A stretch of DNA of 64,000 bases from Acidimicrobiia bacterium (GCA_041619955.1 JBFKDA010000001.1:7307-71306), one strand, 5' to 3'. Numbered from the stretch's first letter, positions 1 through 8,782 are shown. A program made the numbers and translations. Notes: generated from the letters alone by a model not told the origin.

Positions 1-53
1 GAGCCCGTTCGACGCCACCGCGACGACCACCCAGTGCTCGTGGAACGCCCGCA

Positions 54-626
54 TCAGGCCCGGCGGGCGCACAGGCTGCGCTGCTCGGCGCGGAGCACGG
101 CGGCCACGGCCCGCACCACGCCGTGTGCATGGGCCGGGCGCCGGGCACCCGGCGACAGCTCGAGCTGGGCGCCGCCGTGGGCGGGCAGGTTCACCGGGTT
201 GCGCGGGTGCGTCCCGCGCAGCGGCTTCGGCATGCGCTCCAGATCGGCGACCACGTCGAGCGGCGTGTGCGCCCGCAGCGAGCGGGCGAGGTCCGCGGCG
301 AGGCGGCGGTTGCGGCCCCCGACCAGGACGACGTCGTCGAACCCCTTCCGCCCGAACCCGTGCACGGACACGACGACCTGCACGTGGTCGAGAAATCGCC
401 TGAGCTGGGGGCTCTGCGCGGGGTCGAAGCGGATCGACGGGACGTGCCACGCCAGATCGTCGGGCAGCGTCACCCCGTAACGGCTCGCGGCGGCGGCAAC
501 CGCCGCGTCCCGGGCGATCTCCGCAGTGCCTTCCTCGAGACCGCCGTGGAGCGCCATCACCCCGGCCGGGCCACGCAGCAGCGCATCCTCGACCACCCCG
601 GGCGTTGCGATGAGCTCGGCCAGCAC
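54..626 (-). CDS. Poly-gamma-glutamate hydrolase-like / DUF867 (phage-related YjqB/PghP-type) zinc hydrolase
   Basis: 190-aa ORF with balanced composition. ALHGG and SVHGFG motifs are reminiscent of the PghP/UPF0714 zinc-hydrolase fold. Last gene of a co-directional minus-strand run (ybaK, two small membrane proteins, this gene). Confidence 0.5.
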   Translation of the reverse strand: MLAELIATPGVVEDALLRGPAGVMALHGGLEEGTAEIARDAAVAAAASRYGVTLPDDLAWHVPSIRFDPAQSPQLRRFLDHVQVVVSVHGFGRKGFDDVVLVGGRNRRLAADLARSLRAHTPLDVVADLERMPKPLRGTHPRNPVNLPAHGGAQLELSPGARRPAHAHGVVRAVAAVLRAEQRSLCARRA

Positions 627-668
627 GGGGGCGAGGTTACCCGGCGGGGATGCGGCTGTTCGGGGCGG

Positions 669-893
669 TCAGCTGCGCGGCGGAGGGGCTGCCGCCAGCG
701 GCGCGGTGTCGCTGCCCGACGTCATGACCTCGTACCCGTCTTCGACGCGGTCGACCGAGAAGCCCCGCCCGTCGGCGACGCGATCCTCGCGATAGACGCG
801 GTTGAACTGGAGATACCCGAACAGCAGCGTGGCGGTGGTCGTCGCGATGAACACGATGAACCCTATGGAGAACAGGATGCCCTCGGTCACGAC
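669..893 (-). CDS. Small membrane protein (1 predicted TM helix, acidic C-terminal tail)
   Basis: The GTG start overlaps the stop of the upstream small membrane gene (coupling). The hydrophobic segment GILFSIGFIVFIATTTATLLFGYL is followed by a soluble tail. This is the tail end of a longer spurious ORF in the track. Confidence 0.45.
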   Translation of the reverse strand, partial: VVTEGILFSIGFIVFIATTTATLLFGYLQFNRVYREDRVADGRGFSVDRVEDGYEVMTSGSDTAPLAAAPPPRS

Positions 894-1111
894 GTGCGCT
901 CCCCCGTGAGCACGAGCGTGCCAAGCGAGTGGATGGCGGGGACCCAGAGCCCCACGAAGATGCCGAGTTCCCGGTCGACGCCGAACCACAGCGCGACCGA
1001 GAAGACGAACGAGATGAATGCTGCTGCCATGAACACGAGCTTCGTGCGATGGAACGGCGTGATGTCCCGCAAGCCGATGCGCCGATCGGCGACGCGCTCT
1101 GCGGTGGTCAT
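887..1111 (-). CDS. Small membrane protein (2 predicted TM helices)
   Basis: 74 aa. A strong RBS GGGAGGAGGA sits about 8 nt upstream of the ATG at 1111. It has two hydrophobic helices (LVFMAAAFISFVFSVALWF, IFVGLWVPAIHSLGTLVL). Confidence 0.6.
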   Translation of the reverse strand: MTTAERVADRRIGLRDITPFHRTKLVFMAAAFISFVFSVALWFGVDRELGIFVGLWVPAIHSLGTLVLTGERTS

Positions 1112-1201
1112 TGTTGCGTCCTCCTCCCAGAGATTTAGTGCTAAACAACCGGAGCATACCCCCTCGCCGAACGATGCAAACCTCGGGACCCTCGCTGCGG
1201 C

Positions 1202-1672
1202 TCAGGCGGGCTTGGTGACGTCCGCGACGTCGGCGCCGAGGTAGTCGACGAGTGCGCCGCCGGCGAGGTGGATCGCGACGCCGTGCGCGCCGCCGCCGAT
1301 CGACACCTCCGCCAGCGCCGCGACCGCCCGATCGGCGATCACCGGCCAACGGGTGGTCGCCCCGAACGGCGTGATCGTACCCCGCTCGTAGCCGGTGGCC
1401 CCCAGGGCCTCGTCGCGGGACGCCAGCGACAGCCGGGACACACCGAGGTGGGCGCGCAGCGCAGGCCAGTCGATGACGCGGTCGCCGGGCACCAGGACCA
1501 GCACGAAGTCGCCCTCGCCGCGCCGCACGACCAGGGTCTTCACGATCACGCCGACCGCGACGCCGCGCAGCTCGGCCGCCTGTTCGATGCTGTCGACCCT
1601 CCCGTAGCGCACCACGGTGTGGCCGAGGCCGGAGCCGGCCAACTCGGCCAGCGCTGGTGTGACGGCGTCCAT
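1202..1672 (-). CDS. ybaK: YbaK/ProX-family aminoacyl-tRNA editing deacylase (Cys-tRNA(Pro) deacylase-like)
   Basis: 156 aa. ITPFG motif and overall YbaK-like layout. Starts 9 bp after the upstream CAP-protein stop. Confidence 0.8.
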   Translation of the reverse strand: MDAVTPALAELAGSGLGHTVVRYGRVDSIEQAAELRGVAVGVIVKTLVVRRGEGDFVLVLVPGDRVIDWPALRAHLGVSRLSLASRDEALGATGYERGTITPFGATTRWPVIADRAVAALAEVSIGGGAHGVAIHLAGGALVDYLGADVADVTKPA

Positions 1673-1681
1673 GCCGGGACC

Positions 1682-2860
1682 CTAGATGCCGAACTCCCCG
1701 ACGACCGGCAGCCAGTGCGGCGCGGCATGCGGGTAGGGCGTGGCGGTGCCGGCCAACGACCCGCCGGGGCCGACGTGCAGGGCGCGGCTTCGGAACGACG
1801 CCAGGGTGGCCACGCCGTCGCCGTCCCAGTCGGCCGCGAGGAGGTGGTCGCCAGGCGCGCCGAAGGCGGTCCGGACGACACGCCCCGCCGTGAACGTCAC
1901 CACCTGCGCGGCCGCGGCGTCGTGGAGGACGACGTCGTCGACGCCGTCACCGTCGACGTCTGCTGCGACGGGCACCGCATGGCCGGCCCCCGTCGCGACG
2001 CTGCGGTCGGCGACACCGACACCGCGGCCGCCGTCGCCGAGCCGGTCGATCAGGTGGAGGACGCCCGTGGACGGCCGGTACAGGGCGACCGTGTCGCACC
2101 CGTCGCCGTCGAAGTCGCCGGCCACCGCCACGTCGCCCGGGTTGCCGAAGTAGTAGCGGGTGTCGGCGATGCCCGTGCTGTTGGAGTTCCGCAGGTACAC
2201 GTAGCCGTCGGACCGCCGGTGGAGGCCGGGGGTGTCCACGCCGTCACAGTCCCAGTCGCCGGTCAGCGGCGCGTCGCCCGGGTTGCCGTACGTGAACGTG
2301 GCGGGCTGCCCGGCGTCGTCGGGCAGGTGCCAGCGTCCGGTGGCCGGGTCGACGAACCCCACCTGCCACTCGAGCTCGGCCGGTTGCGGGAGCGGCGCGG
2401 CGGCCAACCGGCCGAACTGGACCACCACGTAGACGCGGGTCCCGGCGCGAGCGACCCCGACGCCGGCCCGGTCGTAATCGCCGAGGATCGCAGCACGGTG
2501 GGAAGCCGAGCCGAGAAACGCCGCATGCACGCCGCGGAGGTCGCCGCCCACCCCGACGTTCTCGGCGAACGCAGCCCATGCGCCGTCGAGCGCACGCGGC
2601 GGGCTGTGGAACAGCCTCCCCTCCGCACGCATCGTGGCGGCGTGGTCGTGGCTGTCGGCGGCCATTCCGGCGTCGGGCATCAAGGGAGCGAGCCCGGCCG
2701 CGGCGCGGCTCGCGTTGACGAGCTCGAGCACGGCCGAGCCGTCGGTGGCGACCGCGGCGGCCGGGGGCGCAGCCACGAGGGCGGTCGCGGCGAGGAGCGC
2801 GGCCGGGAGGGCGACTGCGAGCCGGGCGGCGAGAAGCGATGCGATGAGGCGGGCAGGCAA
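1682..2860 (-). CDS. Secreted CAP/SCP/PR-1 domain protein with C-terminal FG-GAP/VCBS-like Asp-rich repeats
   Basis: N-terminal signal peptide (LLAARLAVALPAALLAATALVAAP). CAP-domain core (HSPPRALDGAWAAFAENVGVGG, YVVVQF). Four repeats of the G(D/N)xDGDG(V/C)D type. Confidence 0.8.
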   Translation of the reverse strand: MPARLIASLLAARLAVALPAALLAATALVAAPPAAAVATDGSAVLELVNASRAAAGLAPLMPDAGMAADSHDHAATMRAEGRLFHSPPRALDGAWAAFAENVGVGGDLRGVHAAFLGSASHRAAILGDYDRAGVGVARAGTRVYVVVQFGRLAAAPLPQPAELEWQVGFVDPATGRWHLPDDAGQPATFTYGNPGDAPLTGDWDCDGVDTPGLHRRSDGYVYLRNSNSTGIADTRYYFGNPGDVAVAGDFDGDGCDTVALYRPSTGVLHLIDRLGDGGRGVGVADRSVATGAGHAVPVAADVDGDGVDDVVLHDAAAAQVVTFTAGRVVRTAFGAPGDHLLAADWDGDGVATLASFRSRALHVGPGGSLAGTATPYPHAAPHWLPVVGEFGI

Positions 2861-3006
2861 GGGCGTGTGCGTTCGTTGTGGGAGCTGGGGGTACGGAGCG
2901 ACTGGTGGAAGCGACCGGGCGGCCGCCGAAGCTATCCGTCGGCCCGCCGCCTCCGGCCCTTAAGCATCCGCCCGCCCGCCTGCCGGCCGCGTTGCCGCGA
3001 GACCGG

Positions 3007-4626
3007 TCAGGACTCGAGGACCACGTCCGAGAACTGGTCGCGCAGCACCTTCTTGTCGAACTTGCCGGTGCCGGTCTTCGGCAGCTCGTCGAGGAAGACG
3101 ATGTCGTCGGGCAGCCACCACTTGACGACGCGGTGCCCGAGGTGATCCAACAGCTCCTCCTTGGTGGCGTCGACGCCGGGGCGGAGCACGACGGCGGCCA
3201 TCGGCCGCTCCTGCCACCGGACGTGCTTGACGCCCACCACAGCCGCCTCGGCGACCGCCGGGTGGGCGGCCAGCTCCCGCTCGAGGTCGAGCGACGAGAT
3301 CCACTCCCCACCGGACTTGATCACGTCCTTGGCGCGGTCGGTGATCCGGATGTAGCCGTTCGGCTCGATCTTGCAGACGTCGCCGGTCCGCAGCCAGCCG
3401 TCCTGGAACGACTGCGGTGTCCGGGGATCGTTGAAGTACTCGGCGGCGATCCACGGGCCGCGGATGAGCAGCTCGCCGAACGCCTCGCCGTCGTGGGGCA
3501 GCGCCTCGCCCGCCTCGTCCACGATCTTGCACTGGAGGCCGGCGATGAGCAGGCCGGCGGTCTCGAGGTACTCGAGCTGGCGGTCGAGGTCCCAGTCCTC
3601 CATGCCCGGCTTCAGCTGGGCGACGGCCGCCACCGGGTTGGTCTCCGTCATCCCCCACCCCTGCACGACTTGGATCCCCTGCGCCTCGTGGAACCACTCG
3701 ATCATCGCCCGCGGCACGGCCGACCCCCCGCACAGGAACGCCCGGATCGAGGCGATGTCCTCGTCGGGGTTGTCCATGAGGTGCTGCTGGATGCCGCCCC
3801 ACACGGTGGGCACGCCTGCCGAGAACGTGACCTGCTCGTCGCGGAACAGCTTCACCAGCCCGGCGGGGCTGAGGTCGGGGCCCGGGTACGTGAGCTTGGC
3901 GCCCTGGGTCACGGCCATGAACGGATATCCCCATGCCGAGGCGTGGAACATCGGCACCACCGGCAGCACGTTGTCGTGGGGCGTGATCGCAAAGTTCGCC
4001 AGATTGCTGAGGGTGTGCATGTAGGTGGAGCGCTGCGTGTAGGCGACGCCCTTGGGGTTGCCGGTGGTGCCCGACGTGTAGCAGTACATCATCGGTGACC
4101 GCTCGTCGAGCTCGGGCCACGCTCCCCACGGCTCCTGGTCGGCGATGAGATCCTCGTAGGCGATGGTGTTCGGCAGCGTGGTGTCGGGCACCTCGGCACC
4201 CATCACGACGAAGCGCTCGACGGTGGTGAGCTGCTCGGCGAACCGCTCGACGAGCGGCACGAGGTCGGGGTCGACGAAGATCACCCGGTCGCGGGCGTGG
4301 TTGACGATGTACGCGAGCTGGTCGGGGAACAGCCGGATGTTCAGCGTGTGGCAGACGCGGCCCGTGTTGGCGGTGGCCCAGTACAGCTCGTGGTGGCGCT
4401 GGTTGTTCCACGCGAAGGTGCCGACCGCGTCGCCGATCTCGCAGCGCAGCGGTCCGGCGATCGCGGCGGCCAGCCGCCGCACGCGGTCGTCGGTCTCGCC
4501 GTAGGTGTGGCGGGCTCGGGACAGGTCGTGCTCCACCGAGACGATCTCCCGCTCGGGGTACAGCCACACTGCCCGGTCGTACAGCGTCGACAGCAGGAGG
4601 GGGAAGTCATCCATCATGTGCGGCAT
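3007..4626 (-). CDS. Fatty-acid--CoA ligase (AMP-binding acyl-CoA synthetase, FadD-like)
   Basis: AMP-binding motifs YTSGTTGNPKGV and GWGMTE, plus a C-terminal GDVCKIEPNGYIRITDRAKD...GGEWISS. RBS GAGGAG 8 nt upstream of the ATG at 4626. The 1080-aa track ORF is an artefactual N-terminal extension. Confidence 0.9.
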   Translation of the reverse strand: MPHMMDDFPLLLSTLYDRAVWLYPEREIVSVEHDLSRARHTYGETDDRVRRLAAAIAGPLRCEIGDAVGTFAWNNQRHHELYWATANTGRVCHTLNIRLFPDQLAYIVNHARDRVIFVDPDLVPLVERFAEQLTTVERFVVMGAEVPDTTLPNTIAYEDLIADQEPWGAWPELDERSPMMYCYTSGTTGNPKGVAYTQRSTYMHTLSNLANFAITPHDNVLPVVPMFHASAWGYPFMAVTQGAKLTYPGPDLSPAGLVKLFRDEQVTFSAGVPTVWGGIQQHLMDNPDEDIASIRAFLCGGSAVPRAMIEWFHEAQGIQVVQGWGMTETNPVAAVAQLKPGMEDWDLDRQLEYLETAGLLIAGLQCKIVDEAGEALPHDGEAFGELLIRGPWIAAEYFNDPRTPQSFQDGWLRTGDVCKIEPNGYIRITDRAKDVIKSGGEWISSLDLERELAAHPAVAEAAVVGVKHVRWQERPMAAVVLRPGVDATKEELLDHLGHRVVKWWLPDDIVFLDELPKTGTGKFDKKVLRDQFSDVVLES

Positions 4627-4771
4627 CGGGGCACTCCTCGGGGCGGTGGGCGAAAGCCAATCTAACCGGCACGCTCGGCGCCGGTCCGGGAACCGGTAAC
4701 ACGGAGAGCGCACGTGCGCCGACCCGCCGTGGTTATGCTCGCGGGGCACACGCCCCCTGGGAGGAACGACC

Positions 4772-5977
4772 GTGGCCCGTCGCGCCATCACCGGCGCGCT
4801 GCTGTTCGCCGGCAGCGGCGCCGAGCCCACCCCGTCGACGACGGTGGTGTGGGAGGGCGCAGAGATCCTCTGGGTCGGACCGGACGGCGACGCCGACCTG
4901 GGCGGCGCGACGCAAGTGGACGCCGGCGGGGGCACGGTGCTGCCGGGCCTCATCGACGCACACGTGCACCTGTGCCTCGACGCCACGCTGGACGGCGTGG
5001 AGCGGGTGGCGGAGGAGCCGCGCGCCAGGCTGGCGAACCGCGCGGCGCAGTCGGCGCGCCAGCTGCTCGACGCCGGCGTCACCACTGCGCGCGACCAGGG
5101 CTCGCGCGACGGCGTGGCGATCGACGTGGCTTCGGGCCAGCGGGGGGCGTGGATGATCGGCGCCCGCATCCTCGCCGCCGGCCGGGGGATCACGACGCCG
5201 GGGGGGCATGGATGGATGATCGGGGTCGAGGCCGAAGGGCCTGCGGCCGTCCGGGAGGCGGTGCGGACCGAGATCGAGCGCGGTGCCGACGTGATCAAGC
5301 TGTTCCCGACGGGCGGGGTGCTCGGCAGCGGCGCACACGGGTTCACGGTCACGATGAGCGTCGCCGAGGTCGCGGCTGCGGTGGACGAGGCGCACGAGCG
5401 CGGTCGGCTGGTCGGTGCGCACGTACACGGCCCGGAGGGCGTCGACGTGGCGTTGGACGGCGGCGTCGACACCATCGAGCATGGCACCGGCCTCACGGCC
5501 GAGCAGGCGGCCCGGATGGCGGCGGAGGGCGTGGCGCTGGTGCCGACGCTGGCCGCCCTCCACGCGATCGTCGACAGGGTCGGGGACGTGCCGCCCGAGC
5601 TCGCCCAGCGGGCGCGAGAGATGCTGGAGCTGGCCGGCGACGGGGTGCGGCGGGCAGTCGAGGCCGGGGTGGCCGTGCTCGCCGGCACGGACGCTGGGAC
5701 GCCGTTCAACCCGCCGGGCAACTTGCTCGCCGAGCTGCGGCTGCTGGCCGACCTCGGCCTCGGCACCGCGGGCGCGTTGCGGGCCGCCACGTCACAGGCG
5801 GCCGCCGTGCTCCGGCTCGACGCGTTGGGCACGGTGGAGGCGGGCCGGTGCGCAGATCTCGTCCTGGTGGGCGGCGACCCGCTGGCCGACCTCGGGGTGC
5901 TCGGCGAGCCTCGCGTCGTGGTGCAGGACGGGAAGATGCGCGTGCTGAGCGGGACGTGGTACGGGCCGGACGTATGA
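4772..5977 (+). CDS. Metal-dependent amidohydrolase (imidazolonepropionase/Xaa-Pro dipeptidase-like)
   Basis: HVHL and HGT motifs with a conserved TDAGT aspartate region. GTG start with RBS GGGAGGA upstream. Confidence 0.85.
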   Translation: MARRAITGALLFAGSGAEPTPSTTVVWEGAEILWVGPDGDADLGGATQVDAGGGTVLPGLIDAHVHLCLDATLDGVERVAEEPRARLANRAAQSARQLLDAGVTTARDQGSRDGVAIDVASGQRGAWMIGARILAAGRGITTPGGHGWMIGVEAEGPAAVREAVRTEIERGADVIKLFPTGGVLGSGAHGFTVTMSVAEVAAAVDEAHERGRLVGAHVHGPEGVDVALDGGVDTIEHGTGLTAEQAARMAAEGVALVPTLAALHAIVDRVGDVPPELAQRAREMLELAGDGVRRAVEAGVAVLAGTDAGTPFNPPGNLLAELRLLADLGLGTAGALRAATSQAAAVLRLDALGTVEAGRCADLVLVGGDPLADLGVLGEPRVVVQDGKMRVLSGTWYGPDV

Positions 5978-5978
5978 G

Positions 5979-6005
5979 CGGGCCCGCAGCCGCCTGCCGG
6001 GCCCG
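5979..6005. terminator. GC-rich 8-bp palindromic stem-loop between convergent genes (candidate bidirectional terminator)
   Basis: cgggcccg ... cgggcccg inverted repeat between the amidohydrolase stop (5977) and the minus-strand PH-domain gene stop (6014). No U-tract, which is usual for actinobacteria. Confidence 0.3.
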
Positions 6006-6013
6006 GCCGGGCT

Positions 6014-6637
6014 CTAGAGCTTGTCGAGCAGCTTGGCCTTCTGGGCGGCGAACTCGTCGTCGCTGAGCCGGCCTTCGGCGTGCAGGCGGGCGAGGCGCTC
6101 GAGCTGTGCGGTGGGATCGGAGGCGGCGTGGTCGGAGACGCCGGGTGAGCGCTGGAGGTTGTGCGACCGCTCCTCCCGGATACGGTAGATGAGCGACTGG
6201 AACTCCTCGGGCTCCGGGATGTCGTGGAAGTGGCTCTGGCCCTGCTCACCCGCCGACTCGATGAGCAGATCGCCGGAGCGCAGCAGCCGCTCGATGACCG
6301 TCTGGCTGAACTGCACGTCGTTGATGTTCTCGAGCGGGATCTCGACGCCGCGTCTCGCGATGAATCCGGACCGGCGGATGAGGCGTTCGTTGGTCAGGAC
6401 GTAGTGGGTGAACCACCAGTGGATGAAGGGGCGGACGCCCCACCAGAAGATGAAGACCGCGGCGGCGGCAGTGACGATCCAGTTGACGACGACGGCGGGG
6501 TCCCACAGCCAGACGAGCACGATCGCCGCGAGCGAGAGCAAGACCGCGCCGACGGGGATCGCCAGCAGTCGCCAGTGCGGCCGGAAGTCGCGGACGATCT
6601 CCTCGCCTTCGGTGAGGAGTCTCTTCGGGTAGGGCAT
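6014..6637 (-). CDS. Membrane bPH_2 (YdbT/DUF304-like PH domain) protein with C-terminal SHOCT domain
   Basis: 207 aa. Two TM helices followed by the PH-like segment NERLIRRSGFIARRGVEIPLENI. C-terminal SHOCT signature LERLARLHAEGRLSDDEFAAQKAKLL. RBS GGAG upstream of the ATG at 6637. Confidence 0.8.
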   Translation of the reverse strand: MPYPKRLLTEGEEIVRDFRPHWRLLAIPVGAVLLSLAAIVLVWLWDPAVVVNWIVTAAAAVFIFWWGVRPFIHWWFTHYVLTNERLIRRSGFIARRGVEIPLENINDVQFSQTVIERLLRSGDLLIESAGEQGQSHFHDIPEPEEFQSLIYRIREERSHNLQRSPGVSDHAASDPTAQLERLARLHAEGRLSDDEFAAQKAKLLDKL

Positions 6638-6649
6638 CGTTCTCCATCC

Positions 6650-7968
6650 TAGAGATAGCGGAAACCCCGAGGGAGCTTCGACCGAGGTCTCCACCCTCTC
6701 GGGGTTTCCAGCCGGTTTGGCGATTGGACCCTTGCGGGACCCCGTCGCCAACCCTGATGGACACTCCTTGCGGATCATCCACCTCGCCCGGTCGGACTCC
6801 GGCCGAAGCCGGAACCTCCGGGCTGACGGGCCGCAACCGCCCGGGTCCGCTAGACCCGTCCGGCTGGCTCCCTTGCGGAAGCGCCGACCCGCCCACTCCC
6901 CGTTCGACGTGCCGGACCCGAAGGCCCTGCCCGCCGGCAACCTCTAGCGGAGGCGCCGGGGAGCGCCCCCATCCGGCCCTTGCGGGCCTTCCGGGGGCTC
7001 CCGACCGACCCTTGCGGGCCTCTCGGGAGGCCGCCCGTCCGGTTTCCCGTTCGGGCAACGGCGGGCAATGTAGGGGGGTGCCGCGGCCCCCGTCAAGCTG
7101 AGGCGCTACTTCGTTTTCGCGACCGCCGAATCGTTTTCGCGCTTCCACACCGCAGGTCGGACGAGCCAGCCGCAATGCAGGTCGGACGAGCCAGCCACAT
7201 TGCAGGTCGGACGAGCGTCGTGGTGCGGTGCCGCGCAGTGCGGGCTCGCCGACCTGCGGGCTGCCGCGGTCCACCTGCGCTTGGCGCGCGGCCGGCGCTG
7301 GCGCGCCGGCCTGGAACCGTCACTTGGCTGGTCGGACGCGCGTCGTGGTGCGGTGCCGCGGATTGCGGGCTCGCCGACCTGCGGCTGCCGCGGTCGCTAG
7401 GACGTTTGGGCGTGGCCGGCGCTGGCGCGCCGGCCTGGAGCCAACCATTCTACTTCGTTGCGGATACCGCGCCGAGGGTCCGTCGCCGAAACGCAGCCTG
7501 CCCCCAACCGCGCAACTGCCCGGCGCCGAAGCGCCGGGCAGTTGATGAAGCCCCGAAGGAACCTCCGCCGAAGCATCGGCCCCTCCGGGGCTTCGACCGA
7601 AGCGGTCTTTCGACCCCTCCGGTACCCGTGCTTCCGGCCGAAGCCTTCCGCTCGGGCTGGCGTTGCGCCGGGTTCGACCCGGCTGACCCGAAGGCCCTCC
7701 GGGCCGTCCTCCCGAAGGAGGCCCCCGGCGCAACCTCCCCGAACCTTGCGGCCCGGGGAACCTCACCGAGCCTTGCGGCCCTGTGAAGCCGCCTCTCCGG
7801 GTGTTACCCCTTCGAGGCAGCGGCAATGTACGTGCCGGTCCCCCCCGTCGTCAAGCTGAGGCCATGGTTAGATTTCGCGACCGCTCGTTTCGTTTTCGCG
7901 ACGATCGGAACCGGCCCGACGCGGCGGGGAACTACACGCGTGTCACTCGCGCCGCGTATAGTGCACCC
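6650..7968. repeat. 1.3-kb ORF-free repeat- and hairpin-dense divergent intergenic region
   Basis: It contains seven copies of CCTTGCGG(G/C)CC. A 25-bp unit GCAGGTCGGACGAGCCAGCC repeats 2.6 times (about 7151-7215). A roughly 125-bp unit repeats twice (7205-7329 and 7330-7454). Each large unit carries the hairpin ggtcggacg..gctcgccgacc and the perfect palindrome ggccggcgc-tggc-gcgccggcc. Two diverged roughly 300-bp modules (about 6780-7140 and 7590-7900) both end in ggcaatgta..ccccc..gtcaagctgagg..tcgttttcgcg. An 11-bp stem hairpin lies at 6661-6708. Confidence 0.75.
7941..7968 (+). promoter_or_regulatory. PafBC/RecA-NDp-type damage-inducible promoter driving a leaderless transcript of the Cas4-like nuclease
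   Basis: TGTCACTC - N8 (gcgccgcg) - TATAGT with the ATG 6 nt after the -10 hexamer. This matches the actinobacterial RecA-NDp architecture tTGTCRgtg-N8-TAnnnT with leaderless start spacing. Confidence 0.5.
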
Positions 7969-8772
7969 ATGCCCCATGAGCCGCTCGCCAGCCTGTCGCC
8001 GAGCCGGGCCAGTGACTTCAAGACCTGCCCCCAGCTCTTCAAGTTCCGCGCCCTCGACCGCCTCGAGGAGCCGGCGACCACCTGGCAGGCGCGGGGCACC
8101 ACCGCCCACCTCGCCCTCCAACAGCTCTTCGACCTGCCTCCCGCCGAACGCAGCCCCGGTGCGCTCTACGACCTGTTCCGGCGCGCCTGGTCGTCGGCTC
8201 GCGACGACGAGTACGCCGGGCTGTTCGGCGATCAGGACGCCGAACAGGAGTGGGGTGTCGAGAGCCTCACGCTGCTCGCCAACTACTTCGGCCTGGAGGA
8301 TCCCCGCACGTTCGACCCGCTCGACCGGGAACTCGACGTGACCGAGGAGGTCGACGGGATGACGATCCGGGGGATCCTCGACCGCATCGACGAGACCCCC
8401 GACGGCGACCTCGTCATCACCGACTACAAGACGGGCAAGGCGCCGCCCCAGCGGTATGCGCTCCCGGCGTTCTTCGCCCTCAAGATCTACGCCATGCTCA
8501 TCCGCCGCCAGACCGGCCGGACGCCGGTCGAGTTGCGGCTGCTCTACCTCAACGGCCCGACGATGTACAGCATCGCCGTCACCGACCGCCAGCTCGACGC
8601 TGTCGAGCGGCACGTACGGGCGCTGTGGACCGCCATCGACCGGGCGATCTCCGGAGACCACTTCCCGGCCCGCACCGGTCCCCTGTGCGGATACTGCTCG
8701 TTCCAGGATCGCTGCCCGGCATGGAGCGAGGCGCCCGCCGCCGAGCCTGCGCTGGCGGCCGCCGGCGCGTAG
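7969..8772 (+). CDS. Cas4/RecB-like PD-(D/E)XK exonuclease with 4Fe-4S cysteine cluster (DUF83-type)
   Basis: N-terminal FKTCPQLFKF (first Cys). ITDYKTGK nuclease motif. C-terminal CGYCSFQDRC (C-x2-C-x5-C). No CRISPR/cas context nearby. 267 aa. Confidence 0.85.
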   Translation: MPHEPLASLSPSRASDFKTCPQLFKFRALDRLEEPATTWQARGTTAHLALQQLFDLPPAERSPGALYDLFRRAWSSARDDEYAGLFGDQDAEQEWGVESLTLLANYFGLEDPRTFDPLDRELDVTEEVDGMTIRGILDRIDETPDGDLVITDYKTGKAPPQRYALPAFFALKIYAMLIRRQTGRTPVELRLLYLNGPTMYSIAVTDRQLDAVERHVRALWTAIDRAISGDHFPARTGPLCGYCSFQDRCPAWSEAPAAEPALAAAGA

Positions 8773-8782
8773 GGAGCCGCCG

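Noticed and set aside
1268-3145. Long plus-strand ORF (625 aa) antisense to the ybaK and CAP genes. Similar long ORFs lie at 28225-31608 (+), 13449-16643 (-), 32705-34189 (+) and 50899-52530 (+, N-terminal part).
   Set aside because: They are extremely Arg/Gly/Pro/His-rich with no motifs. They lie antisense to well-formed genes. This is the typical open-frame artefact of 72% GC DNA.
3007-6249. 1080-aa ORF suggesting a giant protein fused to the acyl-CoA synthetase
   Set aside because: Only the last 539 codons are protein-like. A GAGGAG RBS and ATG at 4626 define the real start. The upstream 540 codons are Ser/Thr/Ala/Pro/Arg noise antisense to the amidohydrolase.
7149-7454. Possible CRISPR array in the tandem-repeat core
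   Set aside because: The repeats are contiguous or irregularly spaced. There are no unique spacers of uniform length. No cas genes are present; the Cas4-like genes are stand-alone.
7660-7685. tRNA T-arm-like hairpin ccggg-ttcga-cccgg
   Set aside because: No acceptor stem, anticodon arm or D-arm can be built around it. It is an isolated hairpin within the repeat region.
7320-7826. ORFs inside the repeat region (168 aa with GPQGS collagen-like repeats; also 6724-7101 and 6246-7274)
   Set aside because: The periodicity comes from translating the CCTTGCGG/CGAAGG DNA repeats. There is no start context, and the composition is non-protein-like.
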